The notes beneath the pieces are model-generated. The model saw only the letters and a list, made by a program, of their open reading frames with translations. It made no database searches and was not told the DNA's origin. A stretch of DNA of 62,235 nucleotides, counting the filler, from Sphacelaria rigidula (Eukaryota): NCBI GenBank assembly GCA_964200075.2. It is 10 parts of 10 records of this genome, joined end to end, with 100 filler letters (N's around TTAATTAATTAA, not from the genome) between each part and the next. Parts side by side here need not be neighbours in the genome. Positions count along the whole stretch, not along the records: positions 43,638 to 49,770 come from CAXNAA020022015.1; positions 49,871 to 56,003 come from CAXNAA020022016.1; positions 56,104 to 62,235 come from CAXNAA020022017.1; 7 more parts are not named here. One strand, given 5' to 3'. Numbering within the stretch: position 1 is the stretch's first letter; each line of letters starts with the position of its first letter. Below, piece by piece: positions 48,991-62,235 of the stretch. Position numbers and translations under genes: made by a program.

Positions 48991-51519
48991 AACAATCAAA
49001 ATTTTCACAATAATTTGTGATGTTTGCCCACGGGAGGATCCCCTCACGTTCAAACGCAACTTCGGGTGAAACGACATCATCTGGCGTTTTCCCTCTCTGT
49101 GTCCAAGGCCTTCGCCGCCGGCACTATTCTTCGCTCGCTACGGCACATCAACACCAAAGAAGAGCTCATAACCGCGTACGTGTGGTGAGTAAGACAGAAA
49201 AGAAAACTATAGTCTACAGTCCACTTCGTGACCAACACGTACGTGCAGGTCAGTGGACAGAGCATATACGTTCAATTCGGTGCACCCTAAAAATGAGTGA
49301 TGCTACGGTAGGGATACACGAATATTTTCTGGGGTTAGAATTGTTAGGAGTCCTTTATCTCATCCAAAACACGACTTAAGAAAATATGCGAGGGCACGCC
49401 AGGATTACTACTACAATGTGCTGGGGATACCCCGAATGAATCTGCAGACAGGGTTGCCCTGACCCATATTCTTGTGCGTCTAGAATCGTTAGGAGCCCCT
49501 GAACCAGACAAAATTTCGCGAAAAAAGTGCACCCCTCCCGTAGCATTGCTCAAATCAGAATATTTCTTCTCTAAATACATAAATACCTTTAGCTCAGCAC
49601 AAGCGATTGATTCTTGTCCGTACCCGAGAGGGATGCTACGATAGGGGTGTGTACTCATGATCTTGCATGCCGTAGTCATATGACCATTGACATTACGATA
49701 TATATACTTCCTGTGTCCCATAAGTAAAGTCCGTCATGGGCTTTTAATCGTTCGTGCATTCAAACTCTTCNNNNNNNNNNNNNNNNNNNNNNNNNNNNNN
49801 NNNNNNNNNNNNNNTTAATTAATTAANNNNNNNNNNNNNNNNNNNNNNNNNNNNNNNNNNNNNNNNNNNNGATCACAAATGCGTGGCTCGGACAATTCAC
49901 GGAGCCCCGCCGAGAGTTTGCAATCGAGAAGGGGGCGGCGTGGATGGCGGGGCAACATGGAGTAAAGAAAACCGTTGAAGACACCAAGTGAACGTGAGAG
50001 GCTCCCAGGCATGCGTACCATACAGAAGAGCATGACTCTCATTTCAGTACGAGCTAGCGCCCAATGATGCCACCATGGCGTCAAAACCGTGATGAATGAT
50101 ATCTCGTCTCCTGTCTCGAGCTGTACGACCCCGTCGATACTCGTCGTTATACCCCTACTGGAGTATCAGAAACCGTGAGAGTGTATGGTTTACGGTGTGC
50201 CAATTTTGTTAGCGCCGCCCAGGTGTCGGGTTATTAGCCGAAACCTTCACACACGTTTTGCAACCTATGGCGCCATCAATGGTGCCGCATGACGTTGATT
50301 TTCTCCGCCAGGGTCGCCTCCTTCAGCAAACGAAAATAATCACTCGTACCCCCGAACCACGGAGCAACTACCTCATCACGTCAGCCGCAGAAGGTAATAC
50401 CGATTTTAAGGCTGAGCATCATCGGCGATTCTCTTGGACATGATCGTGGGCGTTTCTCCGCATTTTCCCTTCAAGTTTCTGATGAGACTCGTTGAGGCAG
50501 CCATACTTTGAGGTCGCTGCTGCGGCAAAGTACATGTCAGAACCACCACTACAATACAGCTCATGTATTGAACCAAGGTCCTCAGCGTTCAATGTGTACC
50601 TGTGGCGAAATATAGAACTCATGAGTAGGGAATTCATGCTGGCTGTTGCGAATGTTTGGTGACGACTTACGCCGCATTATCGGATTTATGAAAATCTGTG
50701 CGGTTCGCCCCCTTGTTGCAAACATTATCCGGAGATGCATTGCTCATATGTGGTGTCGATTGATACAGCTCAAGTATTACCCTGAAACAAAAGAAATCTG
50801 CCAATACTCTTGTACATCTGTCGAAAGCGTTGGGTAACCCGTTCGATTGTGAATACCAACAAATGAACAGTAATATTTATGAGCACCTGGACGGCGGGAG
50901 GCTGTACTTCGACCTCGAAAAAACACACTTGAAAATTAAACGGACGAGCTAAATAGGGAGGCACCCGTCAGCCGGACGTCTCCTTGTTCGGCAGTATCAT
51001 ATAGGATCGAAGCCAAGAGTATAGCGAAAAAGTAGAGGGGCGCACATTGTACTGACTCGCAAAAGTTCACATTGAGTCATGAAATTACATTATGAAAAAA
51101 AATGGACACGGTGGTGGATACTGGGTCCAGGGCCTTCACAATCGGAACCGGCTAGAGCTTGATACCCTCACAACATTATCAAAGGCCCATTACCTGTACT
51201 CACAATACATGTACATTTCCATATACTCCGAGTCGTTCGCAAAATAGAGCACGGCGAACGTCGGTGTTCTGTCTTGCTGTCGAACCGTACCATACCACAA
51301 CATACCCCAGAGTCCTGTATCGATCACTTTTCGTTTTTGGCCCACCGGTTCACCCCTGTCTTGTCACACCTGCACCACGCCTCAAGGGTCAAGTTTGCTG
51401 CGACCAGCAAAACTAAATTCTCCCATTGGTGTGTATGCGTACAAACAGCTCCCATGCCGCAAAAATCCCCGTAAACAGCCAGAAAATGTGACCGCAGTAA
51501 TCGAAGCCGAGTTCTTCAC

Positions 51520-54500
51520 CTGATGGATTTTCCGGAGACCCCTCTCCTCATCGCCACCTGTGTCGCCTCCACCTAGTGCTGCAGGCTGATCCACAAGGGC
51601 CTCGACGTTCAGCAGGGACAGATGCACCGTATCTTCGATGCTTTCCCCTCCGTCTCCCGGAGTTACCGCCCTGGCGAACAACAGCAGAAGGCTAGCGCGC
51701 ATGACCATGACCTTGCTGTTGATATTCGACGGGGTCTGAGTCCGCGATCGATCAAAGACAGGAAGGAAGAGCGGGAAGGGCAACGGAGGAGAAGGGGGGA
51801 GGAAGGGGAGGAAGGGAGAAGGTATTCAAGATGAATCCAGGGAACGGCGGAGAAAGTGGGAAGAAGGGAGGAGGTACTCGAGATACATCTAGCGAGCGGA
51901 GGAAGTAGTCACCCACAGGGAATATATTCGTCATTGCAGTTCTCGACCGAAGATGTTCCGCACCATGGAAGGATGCAAAATATGGTTTGACCGCATGGGT
52001 CAGTTCCTCATAACAGGGTCGATCGGGCAGGCTTCAATCACAAAAATAATCGCAAGCAAAAGAGTTGCTATTCACGACTACTTTCAATAGTAGGGAGGAG
52101 GATTCACCAGGGCGGGTGAGCATACAAGTTACGGCGCATGCGTGGCGCCGCAAAATATGACGCCTCTGCGCTCAGCAAAACAAAACAAGTTACATGAAGG
52201 TAAACCGGAGGTAAGAAAAAGGAGGCGTGAACAGACGCAACGTGTGGAACATGACCCGCAAGCGCGGCAAACACAGCCAACCGTGGCCAAACGCCGTTTC
52301 ATAAACTCGAACATCAGGAGCGGACAGAGCAGAACGCCCGCTCGGTGAAGGCGGGGAAGCGAGGGGGAAAAGAGCGTTTCATGGGGCTTTGGACTCACAA
52401 AACCAAACCATTTCGACCCCCCAGTTATCCGCTCACAATCACGTCGTACCTCGATGAGGTTAATCCTCCAGTCGTTGAGCTCACAGCGCGCAGAGATAGA
52501 GGAAGGCTCTCCCTGACCCTTAGCCCCTTCCACTGCCCCAACGCCGCCAGGCGCATTTGTTTTAGGAGTTGGGATTCTTCCAGTCCCACCCCCTCGAGCA
52601 CGACTGGACTGCTTGACCTTTGTCAACAATACACACATAGAGAAGGAACAAGCCGCGGGGGGTGGGGAGGGGGCGAACACGTTCAGGGAGTGGGGAGTGC
52701 AGGTGCCCATCAACTGAACATAGCCCTTCGAAATAATCTAGGAGAGTTCCGGGGGGAATGGGGGCCGGGTGGCGCCGGCCGAGACAGCAGCGGGGCAGAC
52801 CTACGCTAAACGTTTCATGGGGAAATGCGAGTCTTTTCGAGACAACTTTTCAAACTGGCGGAAAACAGGGCAACTTCAGTCGTCGAGTGACAACGAGGTC
52901 CGGAGTTCATCAATTTCAGCCCCGATTACAACGATAGGTGAAGAGATCTTTACAAAACCTCAGCAGTAGGGTGTGGGTTGGGGAGGGGAAAGGGTACAGC
53001 AAAGAGACGAGCACGCTTTGCGAGCTTATAAACCAATTCTCTGTGAAAGCTGTCGGTGTGATGATGACACACGAGATATATTTGCATGTATACGTGCGTA
53101 TAAATGGAGCAAAATATCCTCATGGCTGGCCAGTGGGATACATCACCAAGGGAAGTCGTTTCGCTACACCGTACCGCCAAAACGCTTCATAAAAACTGGA
53201 GGGGGGGGGGGTGAATCGGATGCCACCACTAGGAGCAGCACATTGTAATGAGTATATGTCGAGAACAGGAGTACTTTTGCGAACAACTAACTGAACAAAA
53301 ATCGTATTACTTCCGTAACCGGTAAAGTGAGAGTAAGACTGTCGATCGATATCTCGACCCGTCATCGTTAATTATCTGACTAAGAACAGGTGTGGATCAC
53401 TCATACTTGTCATACATTCGCTTGCGGGCACGCGCGAGTCGAGGGGATTCTATTCCTCGTCGCTCCGTTTAAACGCCTACCGCGCTCGCCCATGATATTG
53501 CAACGAAGCAGGGGGAGACGGGGGGGGGGAGATATAATAGGTTTTAGTCATCGGTGTACATGCACGTCTGGACACACGCATAAATCTACACCGCAAAAAA
53601 CGTTTTACACAGTGGTATGACGGGAAGAGCTGGGAATAATCTAACGACACTTTGGCAGCACTCACAGGGCCCGTCAGAGCCCCCACTGCATCATTATCCT
53701 CCTGGTCATACTCTTCTTCTTCGTCGATGTCATCCAGATGCTCCACCATGCTGCTTCCTCGCGCCGGCGTCGTCTCGTCATTCCCCGAACCTTGCCCGCT
53801 GCCCGCGCTCTCGGGTGGTGCTAGCATTTCCATGAGCGCTGCGTTGACCCCCATCATGACGACGAGAGACTCCTGCGACATACACGCATGCGGGAAAATG
53901 TAGATACGCGTAGGAACACGGCTGTGGGAACGCGAGACGCCCAAGGATCTTTACTGGCTTGTACCGCTAAACTCGACCTACGCTCGACATATTTAGCAAG
54001 TGAGAGTTGATTGTTCGATTGACCATCGCACATGATCTGACCCCCGAGGAACCCCGGTACCGGTCCCAACATGCATGTACCCAAGGTAACCAAAACGGAG
54101 ACGCTAGCCCGCGAACGTCATACATATCAAGCGTCACACGTACCTGAATGGGCTCCACCATAAGATTGCACGCGAGGCTCGCCAGCGTCATCTGCACGTC
54201 CGTGGCACCCCCCTCTATCTTGGCCTTCAACTGCATCACGGGCTCCACTCTGTCTCCCTATATTGTGGCAAATAGCCAGCAGAAACACTTACTTGGTCAG
54301 GACGCCTAGAGGTTCATCAGCCTTCAGCAGCCATGAACAATCTCCGAACTACTGTCAACGAGAAGGTATTCAAGTGTGTCCTGTGACACTAACGGACACC
54401 GGACAGCAACGAAAAGTGTTTCATACCCGTAACCCCATCGCTTTTTCCTGTGCAAGACGCAAAGCGTAGACGACACTGTATGAAAAAATCTCGTCAAAGT

Positions 54501-55111
54501 TAGGGTAAGTAGCTGATTAAATTCAAATACCCACGTACGCGCGGGACCGTTGAGGGTCAAAGAACTCATTATGAAATGACTAAATGAGAGGTTAATCGAG
54601 GGAAAAGGAAAAGCGCAATTTGTTTCACTTGGTATCAGCACAATTTCGCAACATCCACGACATCCGACAATTCTCGAGTCCATACGTAAACCAAAGTAAA
54701 ACGAAGGCATAGTACATCACGTCACGAAGCACTACATGCAAATCATACACAACCCGCATCGACCAATCATCCAGGTATAGTCAAGAAAGCACCGTGCAGA
54801 AGACTACAAATACTGCATACACGGAAATTGCCGGTACCTGTAAACACCCGAACAGTGACTAACCACAGCACATCACACAACATGGTACTCACATCGCAAC
54901 CCAAGCCAGGCCACCGCCCCGCCCCGCTCCTATCTCGCTCACCTCTTCCTTCATCTCGCCCCCGCTGTCTTTTTCACCAGAACTGTCTCCCTTCGCTGTC
55001 TTCCTGATTGCTCCCCTCGTCCCATCGGGCTCACCGTCGTCATCTTCATCCGCATCCCTCGCGCCAAGTAACGCTTCATTTGATGACGGTAACAGCGGTG
55101 CCAGGATTCCA
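51520..55111 (-). CDS. VPS13-like (bridge-like lipid transfer) protein, partial; exons 55111-54893, 54249-54144, 53872-53666, 52617-52450, 51735-51520
   Basis: All five are GT-AG bounded and phase-compatible. ...VEPVMQLKAKIEGGATDVQMTLASLACNLMVEPIQ|ESLVVMM...|...SISARCELNDWRINLIE|TPSNINSKVMVMRASLLLLFAR...DTVHLSLLNVEALVD. The amphipathic beta-strand repeats are typical of VPS13 repeating beta-groove regions. The family call is inferred. Confidence 0.65.
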
Positions 55112-57207
55112 CTGGAGACAGGCGGCGACGGGTTGGTAGGCGGGCAATAAGGAGGGGGGGCGGGGGTACTTATGATCTCAGTCGTAACACCATCGACCCT
55201 GCATCCCTGCAGAGATGGGACGGAGTACGCCAAGGATTCGCCGGACCAGGCTCGCTATCACCCATCGCGAATCGCCGTGATGCGCTCGGCAAGTCGCATG
55301 AAGGGTGAGCTGCATCCTACTCACATTGTTCGGCCCAAAGCGTACTGATTATCTTGCACAAGGATGACAACTTACAATGCTTGCTGCATTTTTTGGTATT
55401 GTCACTCGCAAAGACAGCTGCGGGTTACACACAGCCTCATGGGTGTCCCACCAGCGGAGGGGGCGGGGGTGGGGGGGGTACTCATGATCTTCCGTGCCGT
55501 AGTAATACCATTGACCTCGCATCTCTACAAAGCCGGGACGGAGCACGCCGGTTTTTTGCCGGATCAGGCTTGCAATCAATCACCAAGCGCCAAGCGCCGC
55601 GATTGTTCGGCGAGTCGCATGAAGCGTGGGCTGCATGCTGCCAAGATTGTTCGGCTTGAAGCGTGCTGCTTATTTTATACATGGACCACAAGGCTCCATT
55701 AACTTGCTGCATTTTCTGGTATCACCGCTTGCAGAGACAGCCACGGGTTACACTGCCTCATGGGTGTGTCTCAAAACTTGAACACTACGTGGTATTATTA
55801 CCCCCTTCGCGCAGAAGGGAAATTCTCGTACCCCGCACAATACGATTCAGCTCGACCACCATTATAGCTTTCGCAAGAAAAACGCAAGCGAAAAAAATCC
55901 CGGTAGCTGGGTTGCCTAGCTCACGCAGTGAGTGGCGTGTTTTACAGCCCCGTTGCCAACCCTATAGGGGTGGGCTGACGGGGGGGGGGGGGGGGGGGGG
56001 GGGNNNNNNNNNNNNNNNNNNNNNNNNNNNNNNNNNNNNNNNNNNNNTTAATTAATTAANNNNNNNNNNNNNNNNNNNNNNNNNNNNNNNNNNNNNNNNN
56101 NNNCATCCTCAATCAATAGCACCATCCTCAACATAGATGATTGGCTGTTCTTACCTCAAGTTTTCAGCTCAATTTTTAGACAGTGTTACGCCCAGTTTAG
56201 TGTCACGTTTCTCACCACCACCCCCAAAATGAAGACGCGACGGAGTCTAAGAAGTGAACATAAGGTTATATCGCAGCTACAGCGATACACAGCTGTAGTA
56301 CGTATCCTACACTACCCCTCCGTCGAAGTCCGGTTCAATTCCATCCAGTACAGCACACGCACGATCGATGGATGACCGGAAAAAAAGCCACGGAAATCTG
56401 TACAAGCCGAAAAGCCATTTTCCATTATGGCCTACCTACACGCGATCGCAGATAACTTGCGCTGCACGAACGGCGGGTAGCTAAAACTTGAGAGATATGT
56501 AGTAATTGCCAATAGCCATCGTTTAACATCAAATTTGCACCAATTAGTTTCCGGGGTCGTGCGCAAAGTGCAAAATATTAACTTTGCTATACGTCAACAC
56601 TGGTCGTTACGGCAAGGGTATGTGCAGCCGCAGCGTGAAGGGCTGATAGCTATGCGTCTTAGCTACACATAGCAATTTGATTTGTCTCTGCAGCTGCTGT
56701 GTGTGTTGAGATATTTCCATTTCAGCGGGGAGTATTGGGACACATGAGATGCGGTGAAAAAGCGTGTCAGATACTCCGGAGTATACAAAAAGAGGTGATA
56801 TCCAAAATAAGCCGGCGGCAAGTGCGCCGCGTTGAGGTGTGTTCGTTGTCGTACATATATATTTTCCACACTCTTTCATGGAAACAACAGCGTTGCCCGT
56901 CAGCAGAGAAGATAGTTCAAACATGTGCATGCCGTTATAGCTGCGGTGGCGCGCGAGGTTGCTGCCCACAGCATAGAGTGCAAACAGATGTATACTGTCG
57001 TCAGCGAGGCCGTGACCCCTCCGCGTCTACGGTCAGTTCTCATGGCAAACAAACAACGCCAAAAAAATACTGTACGAACTGGGCCAGCTGACAGTGATTT
57101 GCGAATGTATCCGGGCCGAGCGGTTGGTAATCCGAAGCGTTGGGCGCTGAAAATTTTACACAATATTTGTATCATCACTGTGGACAACCTTCCCGGGGAT
57201 GCCAAGG

Positions 57208-57208
<1 letters not shown>

Positions 57209-57252
<44 letters not shown>
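57209..57252 (+). repeat. (CA)n microsatellite
   Basis: Direct observation. Confidence 0.92.
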
Positions 57253-57253
<1 letters not shown>

Positions 57254-58772
57254 TTAGAGCGATTGGAATTTTCTGCAAAAACTAGAAGAATGTTATAATT
57301 CCGTGAAAATAAATAAATACTTGGGCATCGCTACCGTAGTTGTGCGTCCTTCACTGGAGGACATCCTGGTGCAATTGCGGCGAAATCTTCCAGAAATTTG
57401 GCGCAGCATCCAACTGTTCGTGTGGCACGGCTGCGCTCCTTTAATCCAAGTGACGCAGTTGACACCAATTATGGAGGCCACGAGTGCGAATCCCGACGAA
57501 TTCCTTTTTTTTGTTCCGTCGGTTGGGTGATATATTATGCCGTACATTTTTTTTTTCTTTCAGTGGCGGTCCCGTGCGTTTCCACGTTGGTCTGCAGGTC
57601 ACACCGATATACTCACGTCGGGCTGGCTTGGCAAACTTGATAAGTTATGGTGCGACATGCAAATGCAGGATTTACCGCTGGCCCAGCCCGTAGCGCTATT
57701 TTTGCTCATGTGTGTTATTTTGCGTCCGAAAGGGAGCTAGGGTAGCATTGACACTTTATACTGGCTTCCTATTCTGCACGAAAAAATACTCGGACACCTT
57801 AATTTTCCATGTAATTGAAGTTTTCTTTTTTTACACATACACTCATCTGCCAGAGTGGTCAAGTCCAGTGGAACAATCCGTGTCATGTTCGCATTTTCCG
57901 GTGGTCGCAGAATTGTTTAGACTACTGGGCTAGCATTTTTGTCGAAGAACAGTCGACACGAGTTGATTAGTGTCATGGATTTCTACACCTGACCACCACT
58001 TTATCCTAAACTCGATCGATGATCATAGTTCTTGAACGAACATAAAACTTCGGCAAAAAACACAAGATACGAGCACCTCAATACGTTCATGTGACGTGGC
58101 AGATTTTCCGACGATGAACGCAAGGCATACCGAGGAGGCAACATTCTCCCAGCCATCACTTACGCCCAAAATGAAGAAGGACAAAAAAACAGCCGTTCAA
58201 CATGTTGTGTTTGCCGTAATAAGCGGTTGATATGAAAAGTGGCGAAAATCGACCCGACGTGTGATGCGCAAGACCGTTGGTGACACGACCCTCCGGTTCG
58301 GTGCACATGGTGCAGTATCAAGGATGTCGGCGAGAGTGCGGCGAAGAACACCAGCCGATGTTTTTCGTCGAACCATTCAGCACAGTAGTGATAGGGATGA
58401 TTCCCGGCAGTTGTCTCCTTGCGCGAACGCTATAGCGTTGAGGCGCGAGCGTTGGCAGTGCTGCACGGTAAATCGAAAGGTTGGCTGACATACTAGGGTA
58501 GGGTCAGATTAGTCGTCTTGCGTTGAAACACTCACTTCATTGACATTACCAGGTAGCCTCATGCACCACAGGCGATTCGCTGACGGGCGCAGCCAGATCA
58601 CCCCCAATACACTTTTGCATTCCACAGTGCACTGCGCATCCACGAACCATCATGGCCATGTAAATGAGGCACGGCTCTTACTACAGCGTGGAAAATACAA
58701 CCTTAAGTTGTACAGAAACGTTTGCGCAATCTATCTACAAAGAACGGCCCCGATATTATCCGCAGACAGAAA

Positions 58773-60670
58773 TCAGAACGCGAAATCTTCCTCATTGTCG
58801 TCACCCGCTGCCGATGCCGAGTTCTCTCTCTCGGACCCGCTGCATTCTGAATCAGGATCTCCGATCCAGATCCCGGCTGCAGAGTTGGACTTGTGTCTGA
58901 CGGGTTTATCAAATCCGCCGTCGCAAAAGTAGCCACCGATGGGATCTTGTCCCGGATGCGCCCCCCCCACCTCCTGCCTCCCGCCACCGTGCCAGTAACG
59001 CCCCCCACCATCGGTCACACCAACAGGTGCCCCTGGCGCGTTGCTTGCTCCACTTGCCGCGCCCCTTCCGCGTGATGCAGCCGACTCGCCCCTTGCATGC
59101 TTCGCTGTTGAGCGGCATTTCCCGTTGCGCGATTGCTCGCGTGCGCAGCCATCTACGCCGGCGGTTTCACTGATCGGATCTGGTCCCGAGTGCGCTCCCC
59201 CCCTCACCTCCCCCCCGGCGCCGCGCCGGCGAGGCTCCTCACCATCAGTCGTATCAACAGGTGTCCCGGGTGCGCTGCTTGCTCGAGATGCCGTCCCCAT
59301 ACCACGTGATGCAGTCGACCCGTCCCTCGAATGCTTCGCTGTTGATCGGCTTCTTCCGTTTCGCGATTGGCCACGTGCACCGCTCTGTCCGTCGCCGGTT
59401 TCCTCAGCGGGATTCGCGGCGACTGCTCGCGAAGGGGGCGGGGGCAGGAAGCAGCGACCCTGGCAACCGCAGCGCAGAGTGCAGTTCCCCAAACACCTGC
59501 AACTCCGGCATCTGTGTTTTGATGCCGTCCTTTCCGGGTTGCATGCACATCTGAGTATTTGCACGCTTCCGGATGTGTCGACGTATGTGTGACTTGACAA
59601 GTACACCACAATGTCAACGCGTGACAGCTCCACCCCCGCTGGTATCGACGATTTTACACCACCCTTGTGGTGAGTCCTCCTCTCAGGTTCTATGCCCCAC
59701 CCGCGTCCGTTGAAGTTCACTGGGGGCATGCTGCGTAGGAAGCTTCCCCCCCAGTATTCCAACACCGCATCGGACTTACTGACGTGCTTCTTACAGGCGT
59801 CCAAGTCTGGGCAGCAGCGGGAAGGCTCCCGACCACCGCGCCTGGCGCCCGAGAGTCACAGAACAGTGCGACCGCCCTGTGTTTTCCATACGATTGGGGA
59901 CTGGGCTCCTCTCCTACTGCGTCTTCATCGCCGACGTGGCCGCCAGCAATTGCCCTCATATTTGACATCGACACGGCAGGTTTTACGCCTGTCGGCCCAA
60001 AACTTCTCTCAATCATATTTGTGGCATGAGCCGGGCGGGATGGCAGCCGCAGATACGCAGGTGTTTCACCACCTGCCCGCGTGATATGCAACAACGCGTA
60101 TGCGTGCAAGAACTTAGTTCTGTGCAATATTTGACGTTTACTGAGTCAGAGTCGGGGAATCTTGTGCATATATATAATCCTATACATATTCCACGCATGC
60201 TCACGTCCTGCGTTTGGTTCGAAAGCCGCAGTCATCACCTGAAAGCAAGCAGCGAGGAGCGTGCGATCATCACCTGCGATAGCTCGCGGGGTTACTACAA
60301 TAGTAAATTGAATATGCTCTTACCTCGGGATCGGTTCTGGTGTCGTATATGACGCTCGGGCTGCCCTAGGCAGCGTCTCAGCAGGCGCCCGGACATCACA
60401 TCCCATGAGTTAGCCCTGTGGATCTTCCACATCTGCCGCGAGGGTATGTACAGTGGGGGTGGTTAAGTGGGGAGTTGAACACCAACGCTTCTGACCGAGC
60501 GTGTCATCTACCCTGCCGTTCTCATGTTCTCGCCTCCTGTGGCGACGGAGGTATATCTTCTCTGTCGCATGAAGCGGTCGCGGCGTCCTACCGTGATTCT
60601 GAAGTACCATGAAAAGTGAGAAGTCGAAATCTATGTCCATGTCAACGACGGAAATCTCGACCCACGCCAT
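58773..60670 (-). pseudogene. Decayed transposase C-terminus with Cys-rich finger, Academ(X)-like
   Basis: SLPAAAQT/LDACKKHVSKSDAVLEYWGGSFLRSMPPVNFNGRGWGIE followed by LRCACNPE...CRSCRCLGNCTLRCGCQGRC. This resembles the LPP..AL..H..R...W.....P....GW + Cys8 finger end of Academ-type transposases. Frameshift at ~59804 and stops upstream. Confidence 0.5.
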
Positions 60671-60880
60671 CAGTTAGTTATTTGATTCCGGGTATCAGAT
60701 CACTAAATCGGACTCCTTCTCCAGCTCGGGACAGACACTACGTGCGAGTTGTACATTCGCTTGTGTACAACGCGAGCCGTCGATTTATTACGGTCCCGCT
60801 GTTTTCAGAACGTGATACAGATACGTCTTCATCACATTGCTTTATATACACTTGTACTATATGTAGCGTTTTCTTCGAAG

Positions 60881-61348
60881 CAGGGAGTTCTAAAAAATGA
60901 GGTCGCACGATGAAATAAGGTTCAAGCCCAAAACAGTGCCTTCCCCACACCTTCCGCGATGGTGCCCAATTATTTTTTTGTCAGCCTAATGCCCCTCGAT
61001 CGCGTAGATACTTCTTTTGCGCAATTTACCGACTCTGTGAGCTAACGGCGGTGACCGAAACCGTCGTTTCCCCTGATATCACCCCCCCCTCCCCCCCTCA
61101 ATGGTCTTATGACTATGGCATGCATGATCATGAGTACATCCCTAAAAAAATGAGGGAAAATGACGGTTCAGGGTAGCGCTGTGTATGTTCTCAGAGTCGG
61201 TAAAATGCGCTGAAGACGTACCTACGCGATCAAGGGGCATGAGGCTGACGAAAAAGTCATCGGGCATAATTGCTGAAAGTGTGGGGAAATCACTGTTTTG
61301 GGCTTGAACCTCATTTCATCGTGCCACCTCATTTCATAGAATTTCCTG
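60881..61348. mobile_element. Foldback MITE with ~195-bp TIRs (CAGG...CCTG)
   Basis: 60881-61076 is the imperfect reverse complement of 61151-61348. A related fragment lies at 37250-37304. No clear TSD. Confidence 0.75.
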
Positions 61349-61412
61349 TTTCTTGCTGTGAACGCCCTTCAGTACCGAGCTATCACTATATACTTCGCCG
61401 GGAGCACAATGC

Positions 61413-61525
61413 TCTGTACTGCACTGAACTTTACTGTACTGTACTACACTGTACTACACCGTACTGTACTACACTGTACTATGCTGTACTCTACTGTGTT
61501 GAACTATACTGTACTGTACTACTGC
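61413..61525 (+). repeat. (CTGTA)n pentanucleotide microsatellite
   Basis: Direct observation. Confidence 0.88.
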
Positions 61526-62235
61526 GCTGCGCTGTGGTGTGCTCTATCTTGCTGTTATGTGCTGTTGGTGCAGTACACAGCAGTCCAGATGGCTCATGCA
61601 TTGGTGCGGATAAAAAATTTAAACCTTTCAAACTTCAGTCACGTCGTTTAAGTTACGATATGGATGGATTTCAACAAAAGCTTTTGCTATGGAAATATTG
61701 ACCTCTCTAGATGGTGAAAAAATCCTCCCAGTCTCAGCCTGTGGCATCATGCGAGCGCCGTGCTCTGCCAAGACACCGGAGGTGAGGTTCGACAGGGGGG
61801 GGGGTGATGTTCGCCCAGGCTGCACGGATTCTGCAAATGCTCCAAGCAGACAGCATCATTGTAGATGAAACTTGCGAGAGGAACTGCTTTTCAGTATATA
61901 AACACACCTCGATCGTCTTCGAGCCCACTCCTTCCACTTGGGCGATGCTTTCAGGTCCGCAGCTGCATGCACAAGGTGCGCGGAACCTCGGGTCGAAATT
62001 AGGATATTTGCCATCATCCACCGTTTCTCGCGGACACTGCGGAGGCGTCTATTTCGCTATAAAATAAAATAAAATTTGCCCGGCGTAACACAACACTGTA
62101 GCAAGGGGCCGTACAGACTGGAATACGCTATTCACCCCCCCAAATTCCCGAAAACCTCATTCTGGGCGACGGGTTGGGGGGGGGGGGGGCGACCCCTTAT
62201 TGGTGGCGGGGGGGCGACCCGGTGAAAGGGGTGAA

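Larger units (their letters stand above)
6136..56103. other. Nine artificial contig-join linkers (44N-TTAATTAATTAA-44N) at 6136-6235, 12370-12469, 18604-18703, 24838-24937, 31072-31171, 37305-37404, 43538-43637, 49771-49870, 56004-56103
   Basis: Identical 100-bp spacer with stops in all frames. Intervening segments are 6135, 6134 x4, 6133 x4 and 6132 bp, as expected for size-sorted concatenated contigs. Confidence 0.97.

Overview
Intron-rich, repeat-rich eukaryotic DNA, most likely from a brown alga (stramenopile; inferred from exon/intron style, repeat families and protein fragments, not verified by a search). It is not one locus. It is ten unrelated ~6.13 kb contigs, sorted by decreasing length and joined by an artificial 100-bp linker (44 N + TTAATTAATTAA + 44 N). 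Most entries in the ORF track are spurious, and the real genes only appear after splicing. Supported genes: (i) three in-phase exons of an uncharacterised nucleotidyltransferase-fold protein (SSDVDLF...GFDVDAC...RLFKYGKRG), not assembled by the ORF track; (ii) three MCM2 exons; (iii) five exons of a VPS13-like protein; (iv) a large terminal exon with RG/RGG repeats, polyQ and a PAM2-like C-terminus; (v) an unknown low-complexity gene. Mobile DNA: a deleted plant-type mariner with perfect TIRs and TA TSD, whose empty site is visible elsewhere in the window; a tandem pair of pol-less LTR-like elements with a gag/zinc-knuckle and a conserved 12-bp hairpin at the primer-binding position; a decayed Academ-like transposase; hAT-type and other MITEs; tRNA-derived repeats; LINE-like 3' ends; and microsatellites.
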